DNA of 64,000 bases from a virus: the IMG/VR virus record IMGVR_UViG_3300035138_000081. One strand, written 5' to 3'. How positions within the stretch are numbered: position 1 is the stretch's first letter; every line of letters starts with the position of its first letter. Shown piece by piece: positions 45,002-54,624 of the stretch. The notes under the pieces were generated by a model. The model saw only the letters and a program-made list of their open reading frames with translations. It did not search any database and was not told the DNA's origin. A program made the position numbers and the translations under genes.

Positions 45002-46333
45002 ATGGATAACTTTATAGGGTTCTTTAGAAAGGTTACAACTAAAACTTTAAAAGTTACAAAGAATTTGCAAATTGGAGATAAATCAGTGTATGCTGGAACT
45101 GGAAAAACATTCTATGTTGATTCCGGTGCTTCAGGAGCATCTGATTCTAATTCAGGTGCAAATTGGACGGCTGCATTAGCTACACTTGATGGAGCAATTA
45201 ATAAGTGTACCGCTAATCAAGGTGACACAATAATTATTGCAGAAGGTCATTCAGAATCTTATACTACAACTGGAGCAAAAGCAACATTTGATGTTGCAGG
45301 AGTTAATGTTATAGGTTTAGGTTCTGGTTCAAATAGACCAACTTTTAGCTTTGGACATACTGGTGCAACTTTTACTATCAGTGCAGCAAATATTACAATT
45401 GAAAACTTGTTATTTGTTACTGCAGTAGATTCCGTAGTAACTTTTGCAACAATTAGTGGTAATGATTGTGCACTTATTAATTGTGAATCCAGAGATGTTA
45501 CTGATAAAGAAGTCGTAACAGATTTTACCGTTACAGGAGATAGATTTACTGCATACAATCATTTCAAAAATGGTTATGTTGCAGGAAACGCAAATGATTG
45601 TGTATTTTCTTTGAATGGAGTAGATTCTGCACTTATTCAAGGTTGCATATTCTTAACAAAAGCTTTAACTTCTGTTATTGAATTTGTAACTGCTGCAAGT
45701 TCTGAAGTAGTTGTAGATCAATGTACTTTCTTAGTAAGTGGTACTACTGATCTTAGTAAGAATGTTGTAGATACAATAACTGGTTCTACTTGGATAGTTC
45801 AAAGAAGTTGGGATATAGGTGCGGGTGAAGAATTTAGTGGTGGTTCTGCAAAGGCAATGATTGCAAAAGCGCATGAAATGTTAGGTTGTTGCCCAAGTAT
45901 TAATCATCCAAATTATTTAGCAGTAACTGCAGATTTAACTTCTGCTACATGGAACACTCAAGCAACTCATGAAGTGTTCACCGTAACTGGAGCAGTAAGA
46001 ATGATTGTATGGATCGAAGTTACTGATGCTGTTACAGATACTGGAGATGCTGGAACACTGACATTTGGTATTGAATCAGATGCAGATGCTTGGATTGCTT
46101 CTTCCGATTCTGATGATCTAGCTGCAAATACTTTCTGGGCAGATGCAACTCCTGGAGATGTAAGTGGTAATTTTAGTTCATTAGTGTTAGATAAAGTAGT
46201 TATTGGTGAAGATGTTGGCTATGAAATTGGTGGAGAAGCACTAACTGGAGGTTCTATAACTTTCCATTGTGTATATCAACCATTAAATAGTACTGGTGCA
46301 GTTGCTGCAGGCGCTGGTGGAGTATTAGCATAA
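45002..46333 (+). CDS. beta-helix-like fibre/spike protein
   Basis: Start set to ATG 45002, which follows an AAAGGAG RBS. Repetitive G/T/V/N-rich segments suggest a parallel beta-helix. Confidence 0.35.
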   Translation: MDNFIGFFRKVTTKTLKVTKNLQIGDKSVYAGTGKTFYVDSGASGASDSNSGANWTAALATLDGAINKCTANQGDTIIIAEGHSESYTTTGAKATFDVAGVNVIGLGSGSNRPTFSFGHTGATFTISAANITIENLLFVTAVDSVVTFATISGNDCALINCESRDVTDKEVVTDFTVTGDRFTAYNHFKNGYVAGNANDCVFSLNGVDSALIQGCIFLTKALTSVIEFVTAASSEVVVDQCTFLVSGTTDLSKNVVDTITGSTWIVQRSWDIGAGEEFSGGSAKAMIAKAHEMLGCCPSINHPNYLAVTADLTSATWNTQATHEVFTVTGAVRMIVWIEVTDAVTDTGDAGTLTFGIESDADAWIASSDSDDLAANTFWADATPGDVSGNFSSLVLDKVVIGEDVGYEIGGEALTGGSITFHCVYQPLNSTGAVAAGAGGVLA

Positions 46334-46354
46334 TATAGTTAAAGGAGTGATCAA

Positions 46355-46807
46355 ATGGCTTATTCAGTATTGGCGGATGTTCAATCTTTAATAAAATGGA
46401 TCACTTTTGATGCTACTTCTAAAGTTACATCAACCGAAGTGACAAGTACTTTTATTGCTGAGGCTGATGCATATATAGATAGCAAGTTAGAAAGAATATA
46501 TGCAGTACCAGTAACAGATGCAGATGATATAGAAATACTTAGATATATTTCTTGTAGAAAAGCTGCATGTGCTATTGCAAAGGTATTAATGTTGCAAGCA
46601 TCAGGTCAATTTGTTGAAATTGTAAAATCATGGTGTGAAGATGCTGAAACCAAATTACAAGAGATTTTAGATGGTACAGTTACGTTACCTAATACCACGG
46701 AAGTTGATACTACAAGTGGCTTATATTCATACATGGCTCACGGAAATGGTGATAATGATTACGCGGAATCCGAGCCGATTTGGAAAAGGACGGAGGATCA
46801 GTGGTAG
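46355..46807 (+). CDS. head-tail connector-like protein
   Basis: 150 aa, in the position of DUF1320/gp36-like adaptors. Confidence 0.35.
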   Translation: MAYSVLADVQSLIKWITFDATSKVTSTEVTSTFIAEADAYIDSKLERIYAVPVTDADDIEILRYISCRKAACAIAKVLMLQASGQFVEIVKSWCEDAETKLQEILDGTVTLPNTTEVDTTSGLYSYMAHGNGDNDYAESEPIWKRTEDQW

Positions 46808-47257
46808 ATGTTTAAAATTCAACTTATTGGTGCAAGTACAGTTCTGTCAGGTATTGCGAAGAAGTCCTTAAATTTTAAAAACTTCACGAATATCTTTACA
46901 GAAGTAACAAATGATTTTAGAAAAACAAATACAAGTATGTTTGCAAGTCAAGGTTCAACAGATGGAAGAAGCAAATGGGCACCATTATCTTCTTCCTATG
47001 CTGCTTGGAAAGCAAAAAACTATCCAGGAAAAGGCTTGCTTGTAATGACAGGTTCTTTAAAAAGTTCTTTAACTACAAGTGGTGGATATGCTGTTCAACA
47101 GCAAACAAATACAACGTTAAGCTTAGGAACTGCAGATCCAAAAGCTTCTTTTCATCAATTTGGATCTGGTAACGTTCCTGCAAGACCAATTTTAAGTCTT
47201 TCCACAGCACAAAAACAGCGTTGGATAAAGATTGCAGTAAAACATTTATTTAAATAA
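46808..47257 (+). CDS. Mu gpG-like virion morphogenesis protein
   Basis: FHQFGSGNVPARPIL resembles the conserved G..PARPFL motif. Confidence 0.5.
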   Translation: MFKIQLIGASTVLSGIAKKSLNFKNFTNIFTEVTNDFRKTNTSMFASQGSTDGRSKWAPLSSSYAAWKAKNYPGKGLLVMTGSLKSSLTTSGGYAVQQQTNTTLSLGTADPKASFHQFGSGNVPARPILSLSTAQKQRWIKIAVKHLFK

Positions 47258-47269
47258 GGAGAGGAACAT

Positions 47270-47734
47270 ATGAATGCAGAATACGCTTTGAATAACGTTG
47301 CAGATATTCTAGAAACATACTTAGCAAATGAAATAGTTACTGTTGAAACTGAAGCAAGTGCAACTTATAGTGCTCCTTCTCCAGCACAATTCATTTATGG
47401 TCCATATGTTGAAAGTTTAATTGAAAACTTTCCAGCGTGGATTATACTTGGAGATAATTCAAGTAACAAAATAAACTCTCAAGGTTATCAAGTTAGAACT
47501 TTCAGGTACGATTGTGTTATCTGGGCAGTAGCGGATGATCTTGAAAAGGTTCATAGATATATTTTGAGATATGCTGATGCAACAGTTAGAATTCTAAGAA
47601 ACGAAAACTATCTGTGGAATTACTTGTGTAATCCTCTAGCGGAAACTGCACGGTATTCTGATGCTTTTGAATCCGAAGTAGGATTAGCTCAAGGTGCATT
47701 AGTACAAGGCTCAATAGAAATTATTATTGCATAG
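47270..47734 (+). CDS. neck/tail-terminator-like protein
   Basis: 154-aa ORF between the connector genes and the tail tube gene. Confidence 0.3.
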   Translation: MNAEYALNNVADILETYLANEIVTVETEASATYSAPSPAQFIYGPYVESLIENFPAWIILGDNSSNKINSQGYQVRTFRYDCVIWAVADDLEKVHRYILRYADATVRILRNENYLWNYLCNPLAETARYSDAFESEVGLAQGALVQGSIEIIIA

Positions 47735-47749
47735 AAAGGAGATGGAATT

Positions 47750-48625
47750 ATGGCAACACCTTCAAAAATACACGTTGGTGCGGGTAACTTAGTTTTAAAT
47801 CCAGATTCTGTACCTATTGATTTAGGTTTAACTTCAGAAGGTGGAGTTTTAAAGTATACAGGTGCCTTAGAACCTATTGAAACTGATCAGTATCTTGCTC
47901 CAGTAGGATATTATGTTCCTGGAGAAGAATGTTCTTTTGAAACAATGCTTTCAGAAGTTGGTGCTTCTAAATTGCAATATGCGTTGGGATATGGTTCAGT
48001 AACTCAACAAGCTGCAGGTGCAGGTCAAGTTGCATATGATAAGATTTCATTTGGTGGAAATACTGTACTTACAGATTATGTACTGGAATACAGAGCACCA
48101 AAAAGAACTAACAGAAGTCTTTATATTAGAATAAGATTACATAAAGTTAATATGTCTCCAGAATTAGAAATTTCTTTCTTAAAAGATGGAACAACTGGGT
48201 TCAAACTTATTGCAAAAGCAGTATGTGATGTAACTCAAAGTGCTGGAGAGCAACTTGGATATTACCTTGAAGAAACTGCTGCTGCTACTGATGGTTCACC
48301 AGCAACTCTTGCTGTAAGTACTTTTGTACCTGCAGATGCTGCTTCTGATATTGCAATTAATACAACAATAGTAGTGACCTTCAATAGAGATATTCATCCA
48401 GATAGCATTGACTTAGGAAATTTTGTTTTAATTGAAGACGGTACAGGTATAGTAACCGGAACGGTTGCCCAAACCGATACCGACGAGGTAACATTTACAC
48501 CTTCCGCAAACTTATCGAATAGTACAGACTATTCATTTATCGTTGCTAAAGATTGTAAAGCATTAGATGATTATTCACAGATGGCTGCAAGTGAATGTGC
48601 AAACTTTACTACAGTAGCTGCATGA
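47750..48625 (+). CDS. major tail tube protein with C-terminal Ig-like domain
   Basis: 291 aa. C-terminus VPADAASDIAINTTIVVTFNRDIHPDSI is Big/SbsA-Ig-like. Sits upstream of the chaperone and tape measure genes. Confidence 0.6.
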   Translation: MATPSKIHVGAGNLVLNPDSVPIDLGLTSEGGVLKYTGALEPIETDQYLAPVGYYVPGEECSFETMLSEVGASKLQYALGYGSVTQQAAGAGQVAYDKISFGGNTVLTDYVLEYRAPKRTNRSLYIRIRLHKVNMSPELEISFLKDGTTGFKLIAKAVCDVTQSAGEQLGYYLEETAAATDGSPATLAVSTFVPADAASDIAINTTIVVTFNRDIHPDSIDLGNFVLIEDGTGIVTGTVAQTDTDEVTFTPSANLSNSTDYSFIVAKDCKALDDYSQMAASECANFTTVAA

Positions 48626-48630
48626 TATAT

Positions 48631-48648
48631 GAGGTCCATTCGGACCTC
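48631..48648 (+). terminator. hairpin after the tail tube gene
   Basis: GAGGTCC, ATTC loop, GGACCTC. No T-run follows. Confidence 0.35.
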
Positions 48649-48675
48649 AAAACTTAAATATAAAGGAGAAAAGGG

Positions 48676-49200
48676 ATGAACTTTAAATCAGATGGACAAA
48701 AACCAACTTTCAAAAAAGCAAAAGTACTAAATACCGCAAGTATTGAACAAACATTAGCAAATGCTAGAAAGCGTCAAGAACAAGATATTCTTAGAAATAC
48801 CGCTATCAAATTACCGCTAGGGAATACAGAAGTAGAATTAAAAGCACTTCCTTGGTTAGAATGTGATGATTTTGATAACGTACTGAGAGATGCATTTTTG
48901 AAAGTAGGAAATTTATTTCCTTCAAATCAAACTAATACTGCACCTCAAATTGATGAAGAGGGTAATATAGTAAATGCACCATCATTTGATCTTGAAAAAA
49001 TAATGGATGTTATTTTTGAAATTAAAAGTGATGATATATTGACACTTGCACAGATAGCTACAAGAGGAACTGTTACTAAAGATTTAGTAATAGAATCTGA
49101 AGCTACAAGAAATGATGTTATCGAAATAGTTGTAGAAGCTTTTAAATTAAATTATAGTGGGGTAAAAAAAATCTTCACCGCAAGCAAACTGTTCAGATAG
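48676..49200 (+). CDS. tail assembly chaperone (G-like)
   Basis: 174 aa, acidic, directly upstream of the tape measure gene, with a slippery A-run near its end. Confidence 0.6.
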   Translation: MNFKSDGQKPTFKKAKVLNTASIEQTLANARKRQEQDILRNTAIKLPLGNTEVELKALPWLECDDFDNVLRDAFLKVGNLFPSNQTNTAPQIDEEGNIVNAPSFDLEKIMDVIFEIKSDDILTLAQIATRGTVTKDLVIESEATRNDVIEIVVEAFKLNYSGVKKIFTASKLFR

Positions 49201-49505
49201 ATGACTTTGAATTCGGTTGGGGAGGTATGTTTGATTTATTGATGAATGAATATCATGTTTCCCTAGCGGAATTGCAAACTTGGACACGAGAGCAAATTTT
49301 TCTATTTTGTGAGAAGATTGAGCACAGGATTAAAGATGAAAGACGTTTTCAGGTACAACTTCATCAAATGGAAATGAAAGAAGACGGTTTAGATACTTCC
49401 GGAGCAGTTGCAATTGAAGATGTAATAGATAAGCAAAATGCTTTGAAGGAGGTGAGAAACAATGACAATAGAAGAGTTAATTTTGAGGATGTCCGCACAA
49501 GGTAA
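48676..49505 (+). CDS. tail assembly chaperone -1 frameshift product (GT-like)
   Basis: Slippery A_AAA_AAA at 49164-49170. The -1 frame is open from there into ORF 49227..49505. Confidence 0.5.
49164..49170 (+). promoter_or_regulatory. -1 programmed frameshift slippery heptamer
   Basis: GTA AAA AAA ATC in the zero frame. Frame arithmetic: 48676 is 1 mod 3 and 49227 is 0 mod 3. Confidence 0.5.
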
Positions 49506-52158
49506 TACTCAAGTAACTCAAGCTTTAAATAGTGTAGGAAGTGCTGTTACAAGTTTAACAACGCCTATTAACAATTTGCAAAATTCTGTAAATCAATTAG
49601 GTAACAGGTTTTCAAATCTAAATACTAGATTAAGTAACAATAGAAATTCTTTAAATAGTTCTAATAATGCTTTAAATAATAGTACTGGATTTTGGGGTAC
49701 TTTTAAAAATGTAGTTACAAAAGCCGGAGGTACTCTTTTGAATGTAGCAAAATCTGGTTTGAGTTCAATGATTGGAGGACTAGCTTCTCTAGCGAAAATG
49801 ACTGGATCAGTATTCTTAGTTGATTCATTAACAAGTGCTTTGTATAAGTTGCATCAAACAATGTCAACTGCTATTAAAACAGGGATTCGGTATAATGCTT
49901 ATTTAGAAATGCAATTAGTTAATTTTGAAGTTCTTTTAGGTTCAGCATCCAAAGCACAAGATTTGATGGATACTTTAGTTGAACGAGCCGTTACTACGCC
50001 ATATACCACAGCCGATTTAGTTAATGCAACGCAGTTAATGATGGGTTATGGTATGGAAACAGGTACCGCATTAGAGTATTTGGATATGTTAGGAGATTCC
50101 GCTAAAGGAAACTCAACGTATTTATATCATGCAGCATTAGCATTTTCACAAATTTATGCCCAAGGTAAGATGCAAGGTCAAGATGCTTTGCAGTTGATTA
50201 ATGCTCAAATACCTATTTGGAAATTGTTAAGAGAAGAAACTGGCTTAACAATGGACGAACTTAGAACTAAGATGAGAGCTGGAGAATTAAGTTTTGATTT
50301 AATTTCAGAAGCTATGATGAGTGCATCTGAAAAAGGTGGAATGTTCTATCAATCAATGGAAAAAGCTTCTCAAACATTTTCCGGAAGATTAAGTACTTTA
50401 AAAGATAAGGTGGAAATTTTCTTAGGTAAAGCAACTCAACCGTTATTTGATTACATGAGGGATGTTGCAATTCCAGGGACAATTAATCTTTTAGAACATC
50501 TTACAAAATTTGGTTCAAAGTTAAAAGAAGAAGTAGGTCCTGTATTTGACCATATTAAAGAAAGACTTTCACAAATGTTTGATATGCCAGATATTAGTGT
50601 AACAGACATAATTGATTTCTTTACTGTATCTTTACCAGATGCAGTTGACTATGTTGATTCTAAAATTGATCCTTTCTTTGATACCTTGCAAGGGTTAATT
50701 GATTTATTTAGAAATGCAAAAGTTAGTACTTTTAGAGATAAGCTTTTAGATTTATTACCAGATGGTTTTGCAGAACTTTGGGACAATATTTCTTACTATG
50801 TTGAAGGTTTCTTAAACAATTTGAGAAAAGTTGGAGAGTTTATTGGTGGAACATTTAAACCAGTATGGGATGCATTTGTAAAGAATTTTAAAAGCATAAA
50901 TTGGTCACCGTTAGTGGATGCATTTAACAGTTTCTTAAATGCTGCCAAACCTTTATTGCCAGTGATTAAATTACTTGCTGGAGTATTAGGAACCGTACTT
51001 GCAGTCGCATTAGGTCTTGTACTTGCTGCATTTAATGGTTTGATGTCAGTACTACCTTGGGTATATTCAATGATAATGAATGTTTATACTTTTCTATTAA
51101 GTGCTTGGACCGCTTTGATCGGTTTATTTACAGGCAATACGGAAATGCTAAAAGAAGGCGTTATGAATATGGTAACCGCCATTAGTGATTTCTTATGGAA
51201 TGGCTTAATGGCAATTATTGCATTTTTCAAAACGTTTATTAACACTATCATTGATTTCTTCGTAGGTCTCTATGATTCACTTGTAGGACATTCAATCATA
51301 CCAGATATGGTCAATGGAATTATTGAATGGTTTCAAAAATTATTTAATAAGGGCAAAGAAATTATTGGTAACATTGCTTCATGGATTGTTGCTAAGTGGA
51401 CTTACATTAAGATGAAAGCAACTGCAATATGGGCACTGATAACTGCAACGATATCTCAAGCCCTAGACAGGGTAAAAAGCTATGTTACTAATAAATGGGA
51501 AGCAATAAAAGCTAAAATATCAAATGCAATGTCATCAATACACTCTAAAATGTCAAGTGCTTGGAACAAAGTTAAAACAACAGTTTCAAATGCATTAGAT
51601 AGAGTTGTAAGTTACGTAAAAACAAAAATGGCAAAAGTAGTAAGTGCTATTGCGGCTATAAGATCAAAAGCAGCTTCCAAAGCTAAATCTGTTGGTAATG
51701 CTATTAAAAATGGAATTAAAAATGTAATTAGTTCAGCATATTCTTGGGGAAAGAATATGATGAATAATTTGATATCAGGAATAGGCGATAAGATTGCAGC
51801 TCTTAAAACAAAAGTAAAAAGTGCCGCAAATATTGTTTCAGATTTCTTAGGATTTAGTTCGCCTACAAAAGAAGGTCCTGGTAAATACGCAGACAAATGG
51901 ATGCCAAACTTGATTAAAATGCTTGAAGAAGGTTTACTTGCAGGTGCTGCTACATTGCAAAAAGCAAGTAGTGCTGTTGCATCAAATATAAAAGTTACAC
52001 CTATGATTGATAAAACAGTAGATACTTCTTCCTCTAGCGGCAATACGAATAATGATGTTGTAATTAATGTTAACGCAAACAATGCAAATTCAAAAGAGGT
52101 TGTTGAAATATTGTATACCAAGCTAAGAAATTTGGGTATCTATCCACAAGGAGGTTAG
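49462..52158 (+). CDS. tape measure protein
   Basis: 898 aa. Helical N-terminus, hydrophobic central TM-like segments, repetitive K/A/S-rich helices. Canonical position. Confidence 0.85.
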   Translation: MTIEELILRMSAQGNTQVTQALNSVGSAVTSLTTPINNLQNSVNQLGNRFSNLNTRLSNNRNSLNSSNNALNNSTGFWGTFKNVVTKAGGTLLNVAKSGLSSMIGGLASLAKMTGSVFLVDSLTSALYKLHQTMSTAIKTGIRYNAYLEMQLVNFEVLLGSASKAQDLMDTLVERAVTTPYTTADLVNATQLMMGYGMETGTALEYLDMLGDSAKGNSTYLYHAALAFSQIYAQGKMQGQDALQLINAQIPIWKLLREETGLTMDELRTKMRAGELSFDLISEAMMSASEKGGMFYQSMEKASQTFSGRLSTLKDKVEIFLGKATQPLFDYMRDVAIPGTINLLEHLTKFGSKLKEEVGPVFDHIKERLSQMFDMPDISVTDIIDFFTVSLPDAVDYVDSKIDPFFDTLQGLIDLFRNAKVSTFRDKLLDLLPDGFAELWDNISYYVEGFLNNLRKVGEFIGGTFKPVWDAFVKNFKSINWSPLVDAFNSFLNAAKPLLPVIKLLAGVLGTVLAVALGLVLAAFNGLMSVLPWVYSMIMNVYTFLLSAWTALIGLFTGNTEMLKEGVMNMVTAISDFLWNGLMAIIAFFKTFINTIIDFFVGLYDSLVGHSIIPDMVNGIIEWFQKLFNKGKEIIGNIASWIVAKWTYIKMKATAIWALITATISQALDRVKSYVTNKWEAIKAKISNAMSSIHSKMSSAWNKVKTTVSNALDRVVSYVKTKMAKVVSAIAAIRSKAASKAKSVGNAIKNGIKNVISSAYSWGKNMMNNLISGIGDKIAALKTKVKSAANIVSDFLGFSSPTKEGPGKYADKWMPNLIKMLEEGLLAGAATLQKASSAVASNIKVTPMIDKTVDTSSSSGNTNNDVVINVNANNANSKEVVEILYTKLRNLGIYPQGG

Positions 52159-52159
52159 C

Positions 52160-53662
52160 ATGAGGTATTTGTATATAGATGACGATAGAGATTGGGAAAC
52201 AAATGCGTTTCCCGCTAACGTCGATACAGAAATTACAATCGCAAAAGATAATTGGACTATTGATGAATCTTCAAATGGAACATCACTCTTTAACTTTACT
52301 ATAACGGATGATAATGGTGCTGAAATAGCCTTTGGTAAAGATATTGCTTTTTATGATGGCGATAAAGATGCAGGTGGTACTTTACTTTGGGGAGGTATCA
52401 TTGATAAAATTCCAACAATAACAGAAAAAGAAAAGGGTTCATTAACTTATCAAGTTAATGCTGTCGGTTTTAAAAAAATATTAGAAAGAATAGATATTGT
52501 TCAAGGGTACGAAAATAGATCGATTGAAGAAATTATTCAAGAACTTCAGACTTCATATTTTGCAGATTTAGGAATATCGTTGGGAACGATTGATGCAGAG
52601 TATCCAACAATAAACAATTGCATATTTGAACATATGGATGGTGTACAATGCTTAGATAATCTTGCAACATATGGTAACTTTTTCTGGTATGTTGATTATA
52701 CTAAAACATTGCACTTTTATGATTTAGCTGGTACTGAAAGACCTATAAGTAATACTAACATGACAGATTTTACAAGCATTTCAAATTTTCAAAGATCCAT
52801 TGATGGTTCAAATTATAGAAATGTTCAAATTGTTAAAGGTAATAAGGCTACAACTTTGATTCAAGAAGAAGAACATCCTACACCTGCACCAGATGATACA
52901 AGTAGAGAATTTACTTTAAAATATCCACTAGCATTAGAACCTACTATTGAAGTTTATAGAACCACTTCTTGGGAAGAACAAACTGTTGGTATTAGAGGTT
53001 TAACAGAAGGAATGCAATGGTATTGGACATATGGAGATTCACAAATATCACATGATGAAGATGAAGATGTTTTAGAAGTTGGAGATCAAATAAGAGTTAC
53101 ATACTATGGTTTAATTCCAATCTTAGTAAAAGCACAAGCAAATTCTGAAATTACCGCTAGAGGATATACTCATGAAGTATTTGAGCAAAATACATATTTG
53201 TATAACAAGCAAGATGCAATAAATTATGCAGTTCAATTGCTTACAAAATATGCAAATGATGGAGATTCTGCATCATTTGATACTTATTCAAAGTTGTGGT
53301 CTGTTGGAGAACAGTTTCAGATTACACTAGGTACACCTTGGAATGTTGATGAACAATTTTTAGTAGATTCAATATCTTGGAAACCAAGAGGTCCAGACGC
53401 AATTACTTACTCTTATAAAGTGTTAGATGGAGCAGTATTTGGTGGTTGGGAAGAATTTTTCAAAAACTTGTTTAGACCACAAGCCGTTGAAAAAGATGTC
53501 GATGAATCAATTGTATACTTTTATGGATATTCTGAAGTGGGTGACATTGCTGGTTCTTATTACTATAAAGTGATAACTCCATTATTTTCTGATACTGATC
53601 TATTACCAGATACCGATTTGCTTCCAGGAACACTTGTTACATCAGGAACAGTATATGATTAG
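52160..53662 (+). CDS. distal tail/baseplate protein
   Basis: 500-aa ORF immediately after the tape measure gene. Confidence 0.5.
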   Translation: MRYLYIDDDRDWETNAFPANVDTEITIAKDNWTIDESSNGTSLFNFTITDDNGAEIAFGKDIAFYDGDKDAGGTLLWGGIIDKIPTITEKEKGSLTYQVNAVGFKKILERIDIVQGYENRSIEEIIQELQTSYFADLGISLGTIDAEYPTINNCIFEHMDGVQCLDNLATYGNFFWYVDYTKTLHFYDLAGTERPISNTNMTDFTSISNFQRSIDGSNYRNVQIVKGNKATTLIQEEEHPTPAPDDTSREFTLKYPLALEPTIEVYRTTSWEEQTVGIRGLTEGMQWYWTYGDSQISHDEDEDVLEVGDQIRVTYYGLIPILVKAQANSEITARGYTHEVFEQNTYLYNKQDAINYAVQLLTKYANDGDSASFDTYSKLWSVGEQFQITLGTPWNVDEQFLVDSISWKPRGPDAITYSYKVLDGAVFGGWEEFFKNLFRPQAVEKDVDESIVYFYGYSEVGDIAGSYYYKVITPLFSDTDLLPDTDLLPGTLVTSGTVYD

Positions 53663-53672
53663 GAGGTGAAAC

Positions 53673-54230
53673 ATGAGAAAAATTATAAGGCGATATCCCA
53701 GAAGAGTTCCCGTAAGACTTGGATTAAAAAGACAAAAACAAATTAAAGAAAAGTGCGTTGTTCACGGAAACATAAAGGTGTTTGAGATTTCCCCTAGCGG
53801 TAAAAAGTCTCTTGTCAAATGTGCTTCAAATTTAATACTTGATGATACACTAGATTGGTTTGTAAGATGTACGTATAATACTGGCTATGCGGGTTGGTTA
53901 AAAATTAAACATTGTGCTGTTGGAGATGATAATACAGCCGTTACTGCGAGTGATGAAACTTTAGGAAATGAAATTTATAGAACTCCCTATGTATTAAGAA
54001 CTGATAGTTCTCCTGGATCAGTAACTTATGATTTTTATATTTCGGGTTCAGATATTACTACTGAATTAGATATTAAAGAAATTGGTATTTATGCAGACAC
54101 TTCAGAAGATTGGGCTGGTGGTGCAGGAAAAGATACCGGAAGACTTTTAACTCATGCATTGTTATCTTATACAAAAGCAACTACAGTAGAAATGCTAATT
54201 CAATACACGATAACATTTGCAAATGATTAA
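53673..54230 (+). CDS. tail structural protein
   Basis: 185-aa ORF within the tail module. Confidence 0.4.
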   Translation: MRKIIRRYPRRVPVRLGLKRQKQIKEKCVVHGNIKVFEISPSGKKSLVKCASNLILDDTLDWFVRCTYNTGYAGWLKIKHCAVGDDNTAVTASDETLGNEIYRTPYVLRTDSSPGSVTYDFYISGSDITTELDIKEIGIYADTSEDWAGGAGKDTGRLLTHALLSYTKATTVEMLIQYTITFAND

Positions 54231-54246
54231 CCGAAGGAGGATTAAG

Positions 54247-54624
54247 ATGGTTACAAATTTTATTAAGTACTTTTCAATACCAGAAGAAACTGGTGTAGAT
54301 AAAGCTTTAAAACTAAATACTTACTATGCGTTTTCAGCAGCATTAATGGATCTTGTAACTCAAGAAAATAAATGTGTTTTAATAAGGAGTTGTGAAGGCA
54401 AGCCAATAACAAAAGTAGTTAATGAATCTATTGAGGTAGAAGATGAAAAGGGAAATATAACATCCGCAATGCAAAAAATTAATAAGGAGGTATATTCATG
54501 GGAGGCAGTTGTAGAAGTATATTCGAAGACAGATAAGGTAGTAGAATTAGAAAATAGAAAAAGCATAATGCTTTCAAGAGGTAAAGATGTTCAAAATAAT
54601 ATGCAACCTGTAGGAGGTGATTAA
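54247..54624 (+). CDS. tail-module hypothetical protein
   Basis: Start set to ATG 54247, which follows a GAAGGAGG RBS. Confidence 0.45.
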   Translation: MVTNFIKYFSIPEETGVDKALKLNTYYAFSAALMDLVTQENKCVLIRSCEGKPITKVVNESIEVEDEKGNITSAMQKINKEVYSWEAVVEVYSKTDKVVELENRKSIMLSRGKDVQNNMQPVGGD

